A stretch of 64,000 bases of DNA, taken from an uncultured Solirubrobacteraceae bacterium (GTDB lineage: Bacteria; Actinomycetota; Thermoleophilia; Solirubrobacterales; Solirubrobacteraceae). Every line of letters begins with the position of its first letter. Position 1 is the stretch's first letter. The DNA lies in assembly GCA_963736505.1 (NCBI GenBank), contig CAVTOZ010000004.1:47405-111404 (forward strand). Reading direction: 5' to 3'. This document shows positions 29,516 to 39,642 of the stretch, one piece after another. Made by a program: the position numbers and the translations under genes. The notes beneath the pieces were generated by a model. That model made no database searches and had not been told where the DNA came from. It saw only the letters and a program-made list of their open reading frames with translations.

Positions 29516-29575
29516 CCTTGCCGTCCTCCTCCTCCTAGACCATGACCACCCCGCGTCTCCGGACGGAGCCCGCCG

Positions 29576-29605
29576 ATGCTATTCCTCATGAGAGAGTTCT
29601 GTCAA
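29576..29605 (-). promoter_or_regulatory. Candidate promoter of the mini-ORF/xylA operon
   Basis: TTGACA-N18-TAGCAT on the minus strand. Confidence 0.6.
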
Positions 29606-29649
29606 GACCGTTGCAAAACAGGCGCGAGTTGTGCTGGTGTCGGCCGAAC

Positions 29650-29673
29650 AGTATTGTAGGTATTGACGAAAGT
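29650..29673. promoter_or_regulatory. Candidate ROK (XylR) operator
   Basis: AGTATTGT-N8-ACGAAAGT, an imperfect dyad resembling ROK/XylR sites, in the divergent intergenic region. Confidence 0.4.
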
Positions 29674-29694
29674 CCCTGTGAGGAGGGAACAGAC

Positions 29695-30891
29695 GTGACG
29701 GACGAGATCGGGCTCGCTGGAACCCGTGAGCTCAACCGCCTGCGCGTGATGCAGGCGCTGCTGCGCAACCCCGGCTCGAGCCGTACGGACGTGGCGCGCC
29801 TCACCGGGCTGTCGCGCCCCACGGTCTCCACGCTGGTCGACGAGCTCGAGGCCGCCGGCATCGTCGAGCAGCACCCGGATCGCGACGAGGAGCGCCCGCG
29901 CGCCGCCGGGCGGCCGCCGATGTACGTCTCGCTCGCCCCGCGCGCGGCCTTCGCCGTCGGGCTCGACTTCGGCCACCAGCACATCCGCGCCGGCGTCTGC
30001 GACCTCTCCGGCGCGCCGATCGCCGACGACTGGTCGCAGGCGGAGGTCGACCACGCGCCGACCGCCAGCCTCGATCTCGCGCACGAGCTCGTCCAAGGCG
30101 TCCTCAAGAGCGCGAAGGTCGATCCGCGCAACGTGATCGGCGTCGGCATGGGCCTCGCGGCGCCGATCGACTCCGCGACCGGCACCGCCTACGTCGAGGG
30201 CATCCTCCCGAGCTGGGGCGGGATCTCGCCCGCGGCCGAGATGGAGGCGCGGCTCGGCCTGCCGGTGCAGATCGAGAACGACGCCAACGTCGGCGCGCTC
30301 GGCGAGCACATGTTCGGCGCCGGCCGCGGCGTCGACGACATGGTCTACGTGCGCCTGTCGGCGGGCATCGGCCTCGGGCTGATCCTCGGCGGCAAGCCGT
30401 ACCGCGGCAAGTGCGGCGTGGCGGGCGAGCTCGGGCACGTCGCCTCCGTCGACGACGGGATGATCTGCCGCTGCGGCAACCGCGGCTGCCTGGAGACCGT
30501 CGCGAGCCCGGTCGCCGTCGCCGGCCTGCTCGAGTACAGCCGCGGCGAGCCGGTGTCCGTGCAGCGCCTGCTGGAGCTCGTGCACGCGGGCGACCGCGGC
30601 GCGCGGCGCGCCGTCGCCGACGCGGGCGCCGCCGTCGGCAACGCGATCGCGGCGGTCGTGAACGTGCTCAACCCGGAGCTGGTCGTGATCGGCGGCGAGC
30701 TCGCCGGCGCGGGCCCGATCCTGCTCGACCCGCTGCGCACGGCGATCGAGCGCCGCGCGATCGCCCCCGCGGTCGCGGCGGTGCGCGTGACCCAGGGCGC
30801 GCTCGGCGAGCGCGCCGAGGTGCTCGGCGCCGCCGCGCTCCTGCTCTCGCAGGCGCCCCAGGCGCTCGCGCGCCGGCTGGTCGACGCATAG
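29695..30891 (+). CDS. xylR: ROK-family repressor (XylR-like)
   Basis: N-terminal HTH, IENDANVGALGE, GELGH, CRCGNRGCLE; divergent from xylA. Confidence 0.88.
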   Translation: MTDEIGLAGTRELNRLRVMQALLRNPGSSRTDVARLTGLSRPTVSTLVDELEAAGIVEQHPDRDEERPRAAGRPPMYVSLAPRAAFAVGLDFGHQHIRAGVCDLSGAPIADDWSQAEVDHAPTASLDLAHELVQGVLKSAKVDPRNVIGVGMGLAAPIDSATGTAYVEGILPSWGGISPAAEMEARLGLPVQIENDANVGALGEHMFGAGRGVDDMVYVRLSAGIGLGLILGGKPYRGKCGVAGELGHVASVDDGMICRCGNRGCLETVASPVAVAGLLEYSRGEPVSVQRLLELVHAGDRGARRAVADAGAAVGNAIAAVVNVLNPELVVIGGELAGAGPILLDPLRTAIERRAIAPAVAAVRVTQGALGERAEVLGAAALLLSQAPQALARRLVDA

Positions 30892-30974
30892 CACGCGCCC
30901 CGGAGCGCCCGGCCTGTAGCGGGCGCGAGTTCACCTGCGGACGGCGCCCAGCAGGGCGCGCCGCGGAACTCGCT

Positions 30975-31003
30975 GCGACCTCGCCCTCTGGGCGAGTGTC
31001 GCA
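30975..31003. terminator. Hairpin between the ROK gene and the tRNA-Lys 3' end
   Basis: TGCGACCTCGCCC-TCT-GGGCGAG(T)GTCGCA. Confidence 0.45.
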
Positions 31004-31005
31004 AG

Positions 31006-31077
31006 TGCCGCCGGCAGGGATCGAACCTGCGCACATCGGATTAAAAGTCCGGTGCTCTACCGCTGAGCTACGGCGGC
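31006..31077 (-). tRNA. tRNA-Lys(TTT)
   Basis: GCCGCCGTAGCTCAGCGGTAGAGC..CCGGA-CTTTTAA-TCCGA..GGTTCGATCC..CGGCGGCA. Confidence 0.95.
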
Positions 31078-31122
31078 GGGTAGAAACGCGACTGTATCGC
31101 TCCGGACTGTGACGGAAAGCCG

Positions 31123-31764
31123 GTGTACCGGCTAGGCTTGGCTGCGGTGAGTGCGGGGGGTGTGGAGGTGACTGGCCGCCGGCGGAGACGGAGCCCGGAG
31201 GTGGCGGAGGCCGAGATCGTCGCGGCCGCTGAGGCGCTGCTGCGCGAGCGGCCGTTCCGTGAGCTGACGGTCGACGAGGTCATGCGCCGGACCGATCTCT
31301 CGCGGCCGTCGTTCTACGTCTACTTCCGCGACCGCCATCACCTGATCCTGCGCGTGGTCGAGCACCTCGGCAACGAGCTGCGGACGATGTCGCAGCGCTG
31401 GTACACCGGCTCCGGCGACGGCCCGGCGCAGGCGCGCGAGGCGATGGAGGGCATCGTCGACGTGTTCGCCGAGCACGGCGCCGTCCTGCGCGCGCTCGCG
31501 GACGCGGCCGTCGACGACCCCGAGGTCGAGCGCGTCTACGGCGGCCTCGTGCAGTCGTTCGTCGACGCCACGCGCAAGCACATCGAGGCCGAGATCGCCG
31601 CCGGGCGCGTGGCGCCGCTCGACGCCGGCGAGACGGCGCGGGCGCTCGTGTGGATGATGGAGCGCTACCTGAACCTCTCGCTCGGCCGCGCGCACGGCAC
31701 GCCGCGCGACACGGTCGCCGACACGCTGACGACCATCTGGACGCGCGTGCTCTACAGAGCCTAG
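31123..31764 (+). CDS. TetR-family regulator (start uncertain, possibly 31147 or 31168)
   Basis: IVAAAEALL..LTVDEVMRRTDLSRPSFYVYF. Confidence 0.9.
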   Translation: MYRLGLAAVSAGGVEVTGRRRRRSPEVAEAEIVAAAEALLRERPFRELTVDEVMRRTDLSRPSFYVYFRDRHHLILRVVEHLGNELRTMSQRWYTGSGDGPAQAREAMEGIVDVFAEHGAVLRALADAAVDDPEVERVYGGLVQSFVDATRKHIEAEIAAGRVAPLDAGETARALVWMMERYLNLSLGRAHGTPRDTVADTLTTIWTRVLYRA

Positions 31765-32126
31765 AGGTCCTTCAAGAGCCACAGCCCGAGCAGTGCGGCG
31801 GAGCCGGCCAGCGCGGTGACGCCGATCGCGCCGGTGGCCGGCAGCGCGTCGCGGCGCGAGAGGTTGGCGGCCGCGTCGGCGGCGTCGCACAGGACCGAGG
31901 CGGCGACCCACGGCCGCGCGTCCTCGCCGCGCGAGAGCGCGCGCAGCGTGCCGGCGGCGACGGCGATGTCGCGCGCGCCGACCGCGATGCCCATCACCTG
32001 GGCGCCGGGCGTGGTGCCGTCCTCGCCGACCCAGCCGCGGGCCGAGCGCGCGGGCGCGATGACGAGGCCGGCGCCGAGGGCGACGCGGAGGTACGCGACG
32101 CCGCGCGCGAGGGTGCGTGGGTCCAT
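31761..32126 (-). CDS. Membrane protein (DUF4267-like)
   Basis: LRVALGAGLVIAP..GARDIAVAAG..CDAAD. Confidence 0.65.
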   Translation of the reverse strand: MDPRTLARGVAYLRVALGAGLVIAPARSARGWVGEDGTTPGAQVMGIAVGARDIAVAAGTLRALSRGEDARPWVAASVLCDAADAAANLSRRDALPATGAIGVTALAGSAALLGLWLLKDL

Positions 32127-32147
32127 GCCCGGGACGCTACCCGGTCG

Positions 32148-33725
32148 TCAGTGCCGGAAGTGGCGGCGGTGCGTGAAGACCATGCTGATCCCGGCCGCGT
32201 CGGCGGCCTCGACGACCGCCGGGTCGCGCACCGAGCCGCCGGGCTGGATCACGGTCGTGACGCCGGCGTCGATCGCCAGCTGCGGGCCGTCCGGGAACGG
32301 GAAGAACGCGTCGGAGGCCATCGAGGCGCCGAGCAGCGAGGAGCCGGCGGCCTGCGCCTTCTCGATCGCGAGCTTGACGGAGTCGACGCGGCTCATCTGG
32401 CCGGCGCCGATGCCGACGGACGCGAGGTCGTTCGACAGCACGATCGCGTTCGAGCGCACGTGCTTGCAGACCTTCCAGGCGAACAGCATCTCGCCCCACT
32501 CGGCCTCGGACGGCTTGCGCTCGGTCACGACCTCCATCTCGGTGCGGTCCTCGAGCCCCATGTCGCGATCCTGGATCAGCAGGCCGCCCATGACGCGCTT
32601 GATGTCGCGCTCGGCGATGTTCACGCGGCGGCGCTCGCCGTCCTCGAGGATGCGCATGTTCGGCTTGGTCGAGAGCAGCTCGAGCGCTTCCTCGCTGTAG
32701 GCGGGCGCGATCAGGACCTCGCAGAACTGCTTCGTCAGCGCCTCGGCGAACGTGCGGTCGACGGGGCGGTTGACGCACACCACGCCGCCGTACGCCGACA
32801 GCGGATCGCACGCGAACGCGGCGCCGTAGGCCTCCAGCACCGACCCGCCGACGGCCACGCCGCACGGGTTGTTGTGCTTGATGATCGCGCACGCCGGGAG
32901 CTCGAACTCCTCGGCCAGCAGCCGGGCCGAGTTGAGGTCGAGCACGTTGTTGAACGACAGCTCCTTGCCGCCGAGCTGGCGCACCATCGACAGCGCGTGC
33001 ATGCGCGCGCCGACCTGGGCGTAGTAGGCGGCGCGCTGGTGCGGGTTCTCGCCGTAGGAGAGGTCGGTGACCTTCTCGTAGGCCGACAGCAGCAGCGGCG
33101 GGAAGTCGTCGTGCTTCTCGACGAACCAGCGCGAGATCGCGCTGTCGTAGCGGGCCGTGTAGGAGAACGCCTCGGTCGCCAGGCTCTCGCGCGTGCCGAG
33201 CGAGAGCCGCCCGTCGGCGTCGCTGAGCTCCTGCACGACCGCGTCGTAGCTGGCCGGGTTGACGACCACGGCGGTGAACGGGAAGTTCTTCGCCGCCGCG
33301 CGGATCATCGTCGGGCCGCCGATGTCGATGTTCTCGATCACCTCGTGCTCGGTCGCGCCGCGGCGCGCCGCGGTGGACTCGAACGGATACAGGTTCACGC
33401 ACACGAGATCGACGAGCTCGATCTCGTGCTCGGCGGCGGCGGCCATGTGCTCCTCGTCGTCGCGCAGCGCCAGCAGCCCCGCGTAGAGCTTCGGGTGCAG
33501 CGTCTTGACACGCCCGCCCATGATCTCCGGGAAGCCCGTGAAGTCCTCGATCGGGCGGACCTCGAGCTCCGCCTCGCGCAGCGCCGCGGCCGTGCCGCCC
33601 GTCGAGATCAGCTCGATCCCGAGCGCGGCGAGACCGCGGGCGAAATCCACGATCCCCGTCTTGTCCGACACCGACAGCAGCGCGCGCCGCACGCGCACCT
33701 CACCCGGCTGAACCATCGCCTCCAT
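32148..33725 (-). CDS. purH: Bifunctional AICAR transformylase/IMP cyclohydrolase
   Basis: RALLSVSDKTG, GRVKTLHP, IDIGGP, YGENPHQ, KHNNPCG, SDAFFPF. Confidence 0.98.
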   Translation of the reverse strand: MEAMVQPGEVRVRRALLSVSDKTGIVDFARGLAALGIELISTGGTAAALREAELEVRPIEDFTGFPEIMGGRVKTLHPKLYAGLLALRDDEEHMAAAAEHEIELVDLVCVNLYPFESTAARRGATEHEVIENIDIGGPTMIRAAAKNFPFTAVVVNPASYDAVVQELSDADGRLSLGTRESLATEAFSYTARYDSAISRWFVEKHDDFPPLLLSAYEKVTDLSYGENPHQRAAYYAQVGARMHALSMVRQLGGKELSFNNVLDLNSARLLAEEFELPACAIIKHNNPCGVAVGGSVLEAYGAAFACDPLSAYGGVVCVNRPVDRTFAEALTKQFCEVLIAPAYSEEALELLSTKPNMRILEDGERRRVNIAERDIKRVMGGLLIQDRDMGLEDRTEMEVVTERKPSEAEWGEMLFAWKVCKHVRSNAIVLSNDLASVGIGAGQMSRVDSVKLAIEKAQAAGSSLLGASMASDAFFPFPDGPQLAIDAGVTTVIQPGGSVRDPAVVEAADAAGISMVFTHRRHFRH

Positions 33726-34338
33726 CGGGCGCGGACGATACCTGGACCCGGCGCGTGCCCGGCTGGACGTGCACCGCGCCGCGCGCGATCAGCCGCACCG
33801 CCTCGGTCAGCAGGTCGTGCTCGAGCGGGCGCAGCGCGTCGCGCACGGCCGCGGCGTCGCTCGCGCCGGGGAGCTCGAGCGCGCGCTGGAGGATCACCGG
33901 GCCGGTGTCGGTCCCCGCGTCGACGAAATGCACCGTGACGCCGAAGACCTTCACGCCGTAGTCGAGCGCCTGCTCGATCGCGCGCAGGCCGGGGAACGCG
34001 GGCAGCAGCGCGGGATGGACGTTGATCACGCGCTGCGGGAACGCGTCCAGGAACCCCGGCGTGACGAGCTGCATGTAGCCGGCCAGCACGACCAGCTCGG
34101 CGCCCGCCTCGCCCAGCCAGGCGGCCATGGCGACGTCGCGCGCCTCGCGGTCGGCGTACGCGCCGCCGGGGAACGCGCGCGTGGCGATCGCCAGCGCGTC
34201 GCCGCGGGCGAGCGCCTCGGCGCCCGGCTTGTCGGAGCCGACCGCGACGACCTCGGCCTCGCGCCCGTGGACCCGGTCCAGGATCGCCTGGAGATTCGTG
34301 CCCGCGCCGGACGCGAGCACGCCGACGCGCAGGCTCAA
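33700..34338 (-). CDS. purN: Phosphoribosylglycinamide formyltransferase
   Basis: VLASGAGTNLQA, LAGYM, NVHPALLPAFPG, GVTVHFVD. Confidence 0.96.
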   Translation of the reverse strand: MSLRVGVLASGAGTNLQAILDRVHGREAEVVAVGSDKPGAEALARGDALAIATRAFPGGAYADREARDVAMAAWLGEAGAELVVLAGYMQLVTPGFLDAFPQRVINVHPALLPAFPGLRAIEQALDYGVKVFGVTVHFVDAGTDTGPVILQRALELPGASDAAAVRDALRPLEHDLLTEAVRLIARGAVHVQPGTRRVQVSSAPDGGDGSAG

Positions 34339-36188
34339 GTCACTTCCAGCTTCGGGAACCGCCCTCCGGTGGAGCGCAGCGTGCCGGCCGCCAGCAGCGC
34401 GTCCACTCGTGCCAGCACGTCCTCGTTGCGCATGTGCGCGAACGTGCCGTAGTGCGGCAGCCCGTCGTAGGAGTACTTCTGCACCACCTTCGAGCGCCCG
34501 CCGCGCAGCACCTCGACCGCGCGCGTGCGGCCGACGCCGGGCTGGGCGGCGGCCACGACGTCGAGGATCGCGCCCTCCAGGTCGCCCGCCTCGGCGGTGC
34601 CCAGCGCGCGCTGGCGCGGCGTCTCGACCGGCGCCGCGGGGATCAGCGACGGATCGCAGACGTCGCAGCAGGCGACCTGCGGGCGCGGCGTCGCGCGGTC
34701 GCCGAAATGGCGCAGGATCCCCTCGCGCCGGCAGCGGTCGCCCTCCACCCACGCCCACACGGAGCGGTACTGGCGCCAGCGCACGCGCGTGCCCTCCTGC
34801 GCGGCGGAGCGGCAGATCGCCAGCGAGCGCGCGTCCCACTTGCCGATCAGCCGGCCGGCCACGCGGTCCGGCGCCGAGGGCGACGGCTGGATCACGCCCG
34901 CCTGCGCGAGGTGCCCGATGACCGCGCGCACCGCCTCCTCCTCGTTGCCGCGCGCGAGCGCGCCGAGCTCGAGGTGGTAGCGCGCCGGATCGCCCTCCGC
35001 CGTGCGGCTGATCGTGCGGCCGATGTGCTGCAGCAGGTCGTCCCCCACCGCGGCGCGCTCGATGAAGAACACGTGCAGGCCCTTGTCGCGGCTGGTGGCG
35101 AACAGCAGCGCGCGCGCCGGCGCGCCGTCGCGCCCGGCACGGCCGGCCTCCTGGTAGTAGGCCTCGATCGAGCTCGGCACCGACTCGTGGCAGACCGTCC
35201 GCACGTCGGCCTTGTCGACGCCCATGCCGAACGCGTTGGTCGCCACCACCACCTCGACCTCGCCGGACATGAAGCGCCGCTGCGCCTCCGAGCGCGCGTC
35301 GCGCGGCAGCCCGGCGTGGTAGGCGAGCACCTCGATCTCCAGCTCGCGCCCCAGGCGCGCCGACAGCCGCTCGCACTCCGCGCGCGTGCCGGCGTAGACG
35401 ATCGCCGGCCGCGACTCCGGGGACGCCAGCGCCGCCGCGATCCGCCGGTGCACGACCTCCTTGTTGGCGCAGTTGACGACCGCGAACGAGAGGTTCGGCC
35501 GGTCGAACCCCGTCGCCACGTGCACCGGGTCGCGCAGCCCGAGCCGCGCCACGATGTCCTTCGCCACCTGCGGCGTCGCCGTGGCGGTCGACGCGACGAT
35601 CGCCCGCGCGCCGAGCCAGCGCGCCGCGTCGGCGAGCCGGAAGTACTCGGGCCGGAAGTCATGCCCCCACTGCGAGACGCAGTGCGCCTCGTCGACCACG
35701 AACAGGCCGATCCTCGCCTGCCGGATGCGCTCCAGGAAGCCCGGCGACGCGAACCGCTCCGGCGCGACGTACAGCAGCCGCACGTGGCCGGAGACCGCGC
35801 GCTCGACCGCGCGCCGGTTGGTCGCCGCGTCCTGCTGCGCGTTGACCAGCGCCACGCGACCGGGCGCGATCCGCTCCAGCGCCTGCACCTGGTCCTGCAT
35901 CAGCGACACCAGCGGCGACACGACGAGCGTCAGATCCGTCCGCATCAGCCCCGGGAGCTGGTAGCAGAGCGACTTGCCCGAGCCGGTCGGCATCACGACC
36001 AGCACGTCGCGCCCCGCGCGGGCCGCCTCGACCGCCTCGCGCTGGCCAGGCCGGAACGCGCCGAACCCGAACAGCTCGTGCAGCGCCCCGTCCACGTCGG
36101 TGGAACGAGCGATGGGCTCGGGCGGTGGAGGCCCGAGCCCGGGAAGGGCGATGTTCTCGGTCGCGACGGACACCGGACCGGCGACCAT
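34335..36188 (-). CDS. recQ: RecQ-family ATP-dependent DNA helicase
   Basis: PTGSGKSLCYQ, VDEAHCVSQWGHDFRP, ATNAFGMG, QEAGRAGRDG, CCDVC, RQC-like end. Confidence 0.93.
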   Translation of the reverse strand: MVAGPVSVATENIALPGLGPPPPEPIARSTDVDGALHELFGFGAFRPGQREAVEAARAGRDVLVVMPTGSGKSLCYQLPGLMRTDLTLVVSPLVSLMQDQVQALERIAPGRVALVNAQQDAATNRRAVERAVSGHVRLLYVAPERFASPGFLERIRQARIGLFVVDEAHCVSQWGHDFRPEYFRLADAARWLGARAIVASTATATPQVAKDIVARLGLRDPVHVATGFDRPNLSFAVVNCANKEVVHRRIAAALASPESRPAIVYAGTRAECERLSARLGRELEIEVLAYHAGLPRDARSEAQRRFMSGEVEVVVATNAFGMGVDKADVRTVCHESVPSSIEAYYQEAGRAGRDGAPARALLFATSRDKGLHVFFIERAAVGDDLLQHIGRTISRTAEGDPARYHLELGALARGNEEEAVRAVIGHLAQAGVIQPSPSAPDRVAGRLIGKWDARSLAICRSAAQEGTRVRWRQYRSVWAWVEGDRCRREGILRHFGDRATPRPQVACCDVCDPSLIPAAPVETPRQRALGTAEAGDLEGAILDVVAAAQPGVGRTRAVEVLRGGRSKVVQKYSYDGLPHYGTFAHMRNEDVLARVDALLAAGTLRSTGGRFPKLEVT

Positions 36189-36237
36189 ATCGGCCGGTCC
36201 GGTCGTCCTCGCGAAAAGGCGCAGAGTCGTTACAGAC

Positions 36238-37968
36238 TCAGCGCAGCGACGTGAACGCCAGGTCCCAGACGCCGAGGTTCTCGTTCGCGACCGCGTTGAC
36301 GTCGGCGGAGTGCGCCATCGACACGCGATCCCAGACCAGCGGCACCGCCGGGGCGTCGGCCGTGATCTGACGGTCCACGTTGCCCCACGCCACGGCGCGC
36401 TTCTTCGGGTCGATCAGCGCCTTCGCCGCGTCGATCGCCGCGTTGACCTTCGGATCGTCGAGCTGCGAGACGTTCGCGTTGCCCTGCGGGGAGATGTGCT
36501 GGCCGTTGAACGTCGGGTCCAGGAAGGTCTGGCCGTCCGCGAAGTCGCGCGTCCAGCCGACGTTCGGGCACACGGCCACCTGGGCCGACGGCACGCCGCA
36601 GAACCTCGTCTGCACGACCTGCTGGGAGAGCAGGCGCAGCTTGACGTCGAACCCGAGCGTCTCGAGGTTCTCCTTGGCGATCTCGGAGATCTGGCGGCCG
36701 TTGCCGTCGATCGGGCCGACCATCAGGATCGGCGCGCCCTGGTACTTGCCGGACGCGAAGCCCGCCCGCTTGAGGTACGTCGAGGCGAGGCCCGCGTTCC
36801 CGTCCGGGTTCGAGAGGAAGTCGGCGCCCGTGCCCTTCACGCCGCCGGCGTCCTCGAAGCCGGGCGTGCCCGGCGGCAGGAAGTGGTTCGCCACGGTGCC
36901 GACGCGCTTGCCGCCGAGGGCGAGCAGCGCCGCCTGGCGATCGAAGCCGGCGAGCACGGCGCGGCGCACGTTGACGTCGTCGAACGGCTTCGCGGTCGTG
37001 TTCAGCGCCGCCCAGCGGCCGCCGCCGGAGTCGACCAGCTGGACCTGCCCGGGCTTGTGCTCGAGCGCGTCCTTGAGCACGGCCGGCGGGAGCAGGAAGT
37101 CGCCCGTGAGCATGTCGGAGCCCTGCAGCACCCGGCGCGAGGCCACGGTGGAGTCGTTGTTGCCCTGCGGCATGTCGATCTTGTCGACGTAGGCGGGGCG
37201 GAAGTCGGTCGCGCCGTTCCAGTTCGGGTTGCGCACGAGCGTGATGCCCTTGCCGGGCTGGTAGCCGGTGAGCTTGCCGGACTTGTCGGCCGGGATCATG
37301 TACGGGCCGGTGGCGACCTGGTGGAAGCCGTAGGAGGACTCGCGCCGGCGGTCGAACGCCAGGGCGTAGTCGCGCGGCACCGGGGCCGCGAGCGGGAGCA
37401 CGAGCGCCGCGGCGAGCGTGCCGCCGGTCGCCGAGCGCAGCTTGAAGACGACGGTGTGCGCGTCCGGCGTGGTGATGCCGGAGATGCGCGTGCCGGCCGC
37501 GGCGGCGGGCTTCGCGCCGATCAGGTCGGCGAAGTAGGCGCCCGCGTACGGGTTGTTGACGGTCTTGAAGAAGCCGCGCTCGATCGCGTACTTGACGTCG
37601 GCGGAGGTGACCTCGCGGCTCACGGGCGGCGAGAAGCGCACGCCGGAGCGCAGCTTGAGGGTCACGGTGCGTCCGTCGGCCGACACGGTCGGCGCCGCGG
37701 TCGCGAGGTCCGGGCGGGCGTCCTTGACGCCGGGCGCGTACGCCATCGGCGTGCGCTGCGTGACGTTGGCGACCATGTAGCCGCCGGCGTAGTAGGTCTG
37801 TCCGGGGTCGATCGAATCGACGTCGCTGGACCACGGCACGGTGATCGTCCCGCCGCGCTTGGTGGGACCGCCGCCCGCGTCGGTGCGGGTGTCGGGCTTC
37901 GCTGCGCCGCAGGCGCTGACCGTCAGCGCCGTCGCGGCCGCGAAGGTGAGAGTTCTGGTTAGGGCCAC
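36238..37968 (-). CDS. Peptide/nickel-type ABC substrate-binding lipoprotein (family 5), orphan
   Basis: Lipobox VSAC, DSIDP, ATGPY, PFDDVNVRRAV; no adjacent permease. Confidence 0.88.
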   Translation of the reverse strand: MALTRTLTFAAATALTVSACGAAKPDTRTDAGGGPTKRGGTITVPWSSDVDSIDPGQTYYAGGYMVANVTQRTPMAYAPGVKDARPDLATAAPTVSADGRTVTLKLRSGVRFSPPVSREVTSADVKYAIERGFFKTVNNPYAGAYFADLIGAKPAAAAGTRISGITTPDAHTVVFKLRSATGGTLAAALVLPLAAPVPRDYALAFDRRRESSYGFHQVATGPYMIPADKSGKLTGYQPGKGITLVRNPNWNGATDFRPAYVDKIDMPQGNNDSTVASRRVLQGSDMLTGDFLLPPAVLKDALEHKPGQVQLVDSGGGRWAALNTTAKPFDDVNVRRAVLAGFDRQAALLALGGKRVGTVANHFLPPGTPGFEDAGGVKGTGADFLSNPDGNAGLASTYLKRAGFASGKYQGAPILMVGPIDGNGRQISEIAKENLETLGFDVKLRLLSQQVVQTRFCGVPSAQVAVCPNVGWTRDFADGQTFLDPTFNGQHISPQGNANVSQLDDPKVNAAIDAAKALIDPKKRAVAWGNVDRQITADAPAVPLVWDRVSMAHSADVNAVANENLGVWDLAFTSLR

Positions 37969-38010
37969 GTCCTTGCCATCGGCGAGGCGCGCCCCCGCTT
38001 GACTAGAACA

Positions 38011-39432
38011 TCAGCCGACTACGGGCAGCGCATGCTCGAACGCGTCCTTGGACGCGGTGCCCACAAGCGGGTAGGAGCCCGAGAAACAGGCGTCGCAGTG
38101 CGTCTCCGACGTGCCCTGGATCGCCTCGTAGACGCCACGGAGCGAGAGGTAAGCCAGGGAGTCGGCGCCCAGCTCGGCGGCCACCTCGGCCTCCGTGCGC
38201 CCGTGGGCGATCATCTCCTCGCGCGTCGACATGTCGATCCCGTAGTGGCACGGGTGCCGGATCGGCGGCGCGGAGATGCGCATGTGGACTTCGCTCGCGC
38301 CGGCGTCGCGCAGCATCTGCACGATCTGGCGGGTCGTGTTGCCGCGCACGATCGAGTCGTCGACGACGACGAGGCGCTTGCCCTCCACGACCTCGCGCAG
38401 CGGGTTGAACTTCAGCCTCAGGCCGTGCTTGCGCAGCTCCTGGCCCGGCTGGATGAACGTGCGCGCGACGTAGCGGTTCTTGATCAGCCCGTCGTCCTGC
38501 GGCAGCCCGGACACGCGCGCGTAGCCGCGCGCGGCGGGGTTGCCGGAGTCCGGCACCGGGATCACCAGGTCGGCGACCACGGGCGCCTCCTTGGCCAGGA
38601 TCTCGCCCATGCGGCCGCGCGCGACCTGCAGCGGCTGGCCGCCGAGGCGCGAGTCCGGGCGGGCGAAGTAGATGTGCTCGAACACGCACAGCGCGCTGCG
38701 CGGCGAGGCGACCGCCTGGCGCGTCTGCAGCCCGCGCTTGGTCAGCGAGACCACCTCGCCGGGCTGGATGTCGCGCAGGAACTTGGCGCCGATGATGTCG
38801 AACGCGCAGGTCTCCGACGCGACGCAGTACGCGTCGCCCAGCATCCCGAGCGAGAGCGGGCGGATGCCCATCGGGTCGCGGAACGCGACGACCCGGTCCT
38901 TGGTCATGACGACCGTCGAGTAGGCGCCCTCGACGCGGGCCATGACGTCGACCAGCGCGTCCTCGATCGTCTCCGCCTCATGGGTCGAGAGCAGCGCGGC
39001 GATGATCTCCGAGTCCGACGTCGAGCGGAAGGTGACGCCGCGGCGGCGCAGCTCGGCGTGCAGCTCGACGACGTTGACGAGGTTGCCGTTGTGGGCGAGC
39101 GCGACCTCGCGCCGATCGGCGCGGTAGACGGGCTGGGAGTTCTCCCACGAGCTCGCCCCGGTGGTCGAGTAGCGCACGTGGCCGACCGCCATGTCGCCCT
39201 GCAGCGCGCGCAGCTTCTGCTCGTCGAAGACCTGGTTCACCAGGCCCTGGTCGCGCACGGCCATGATGTGGCCGCCCTGCGAGGTGGCGATGCCGGCCGA
39301 CTCCTGCCCGCGGTGCTGGAGGGCGTAGAGCGCGAAGTACGCCAGTCTCGACACCTCGCGCCCGGGGGCGACGATGCCGAAGACACCGCACTCGTCGCGC
39401 GGTCCATCACGGGAATCGAGGAGGGAATCCAA
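38011..39432 (-). CDS. purF: Amidophosphoribosyltransferase
   Basis: DECGVFG, QHRGQESAG, HVRYST, VPDSG, VVVDDSIVRGNT, HYGIDM. Confidence 0.98.
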   Translation of the reverse strand: MDSLLDSRDGPRDECGVFGIVAPGREVSRLAYFALYALQHRGQESAGIATSQGGHIMAVRDQGLVNQVFDEQKLRALQGDMAVGHVRYSTTGASSWENSQPVYRADRREVALAHNGNLVNVVELHAELRRRGVTFRSTSDSEIIAALLSTHEAETIEDALVDVMARVEGAYSTVVMTKDRVVAFRDPMGIRPLSLGMLGDAYCVASETCAFDIIGAKFLRDIQPGEVVSLTKRGLQTRQAVASPRSALCVFEHIYFARPDSRLGGQPLQVARGRMGEILAKEAPVVADLVIPVPDSGNPAARGYARVSGLPQDDGLIKNRYVARTFIQPGQELRKHGLRLKFNPLREVVEGKRLVVVDDSIVRGNTTRQIVQMLRDAGASEVHMRISAPPIRHPCHYGIDMSTREEMIAHGRTEAEVAAELGADSLAYLSLRGVYEAIQGTSETHCDACFSGSYPLVGTASKDAFEHALPVVG

Positions 39433-39642
39433 GAGGAAGCTCGGGCGTTGCGCCGTGTGACCGACCGGCCCGGTCAGGCTAGCAGCGCCCCCGGCCCGAA
39501 TCCGGCGGATCGCCGCCCTGGCGCACCGCCGCGCCGTCCCTCCGACATCGCGCAGCGCCGCCGGGGTCTAGGCTCTTGGGCATACCGCCGCCGGGGCCCG
39601 GCCGAACGCCCAGGCGGCCCTCCTATCAGGAGCCGGATAGTC

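Noticed and set aside
39433-39642. ZTP (pfl) riboswitch upstream of purF, suggested by CCGCCTGGGC on the minus strand
   Set aside because: The motif lies at the 5' end of the leader with no preceding GACTGGCG partner, so the order does not fit the aptamer.
37999-39642. 1009-aa plus-strand ORF and other long overlapping ORFs (e.g. 55426-57516, 41627-43753, 59514-61883)
   Set aside because: Antisense or alternate-frame shadows of real genes in high-GC DNA; Arg/Ala/Gly-rich with no motifs.
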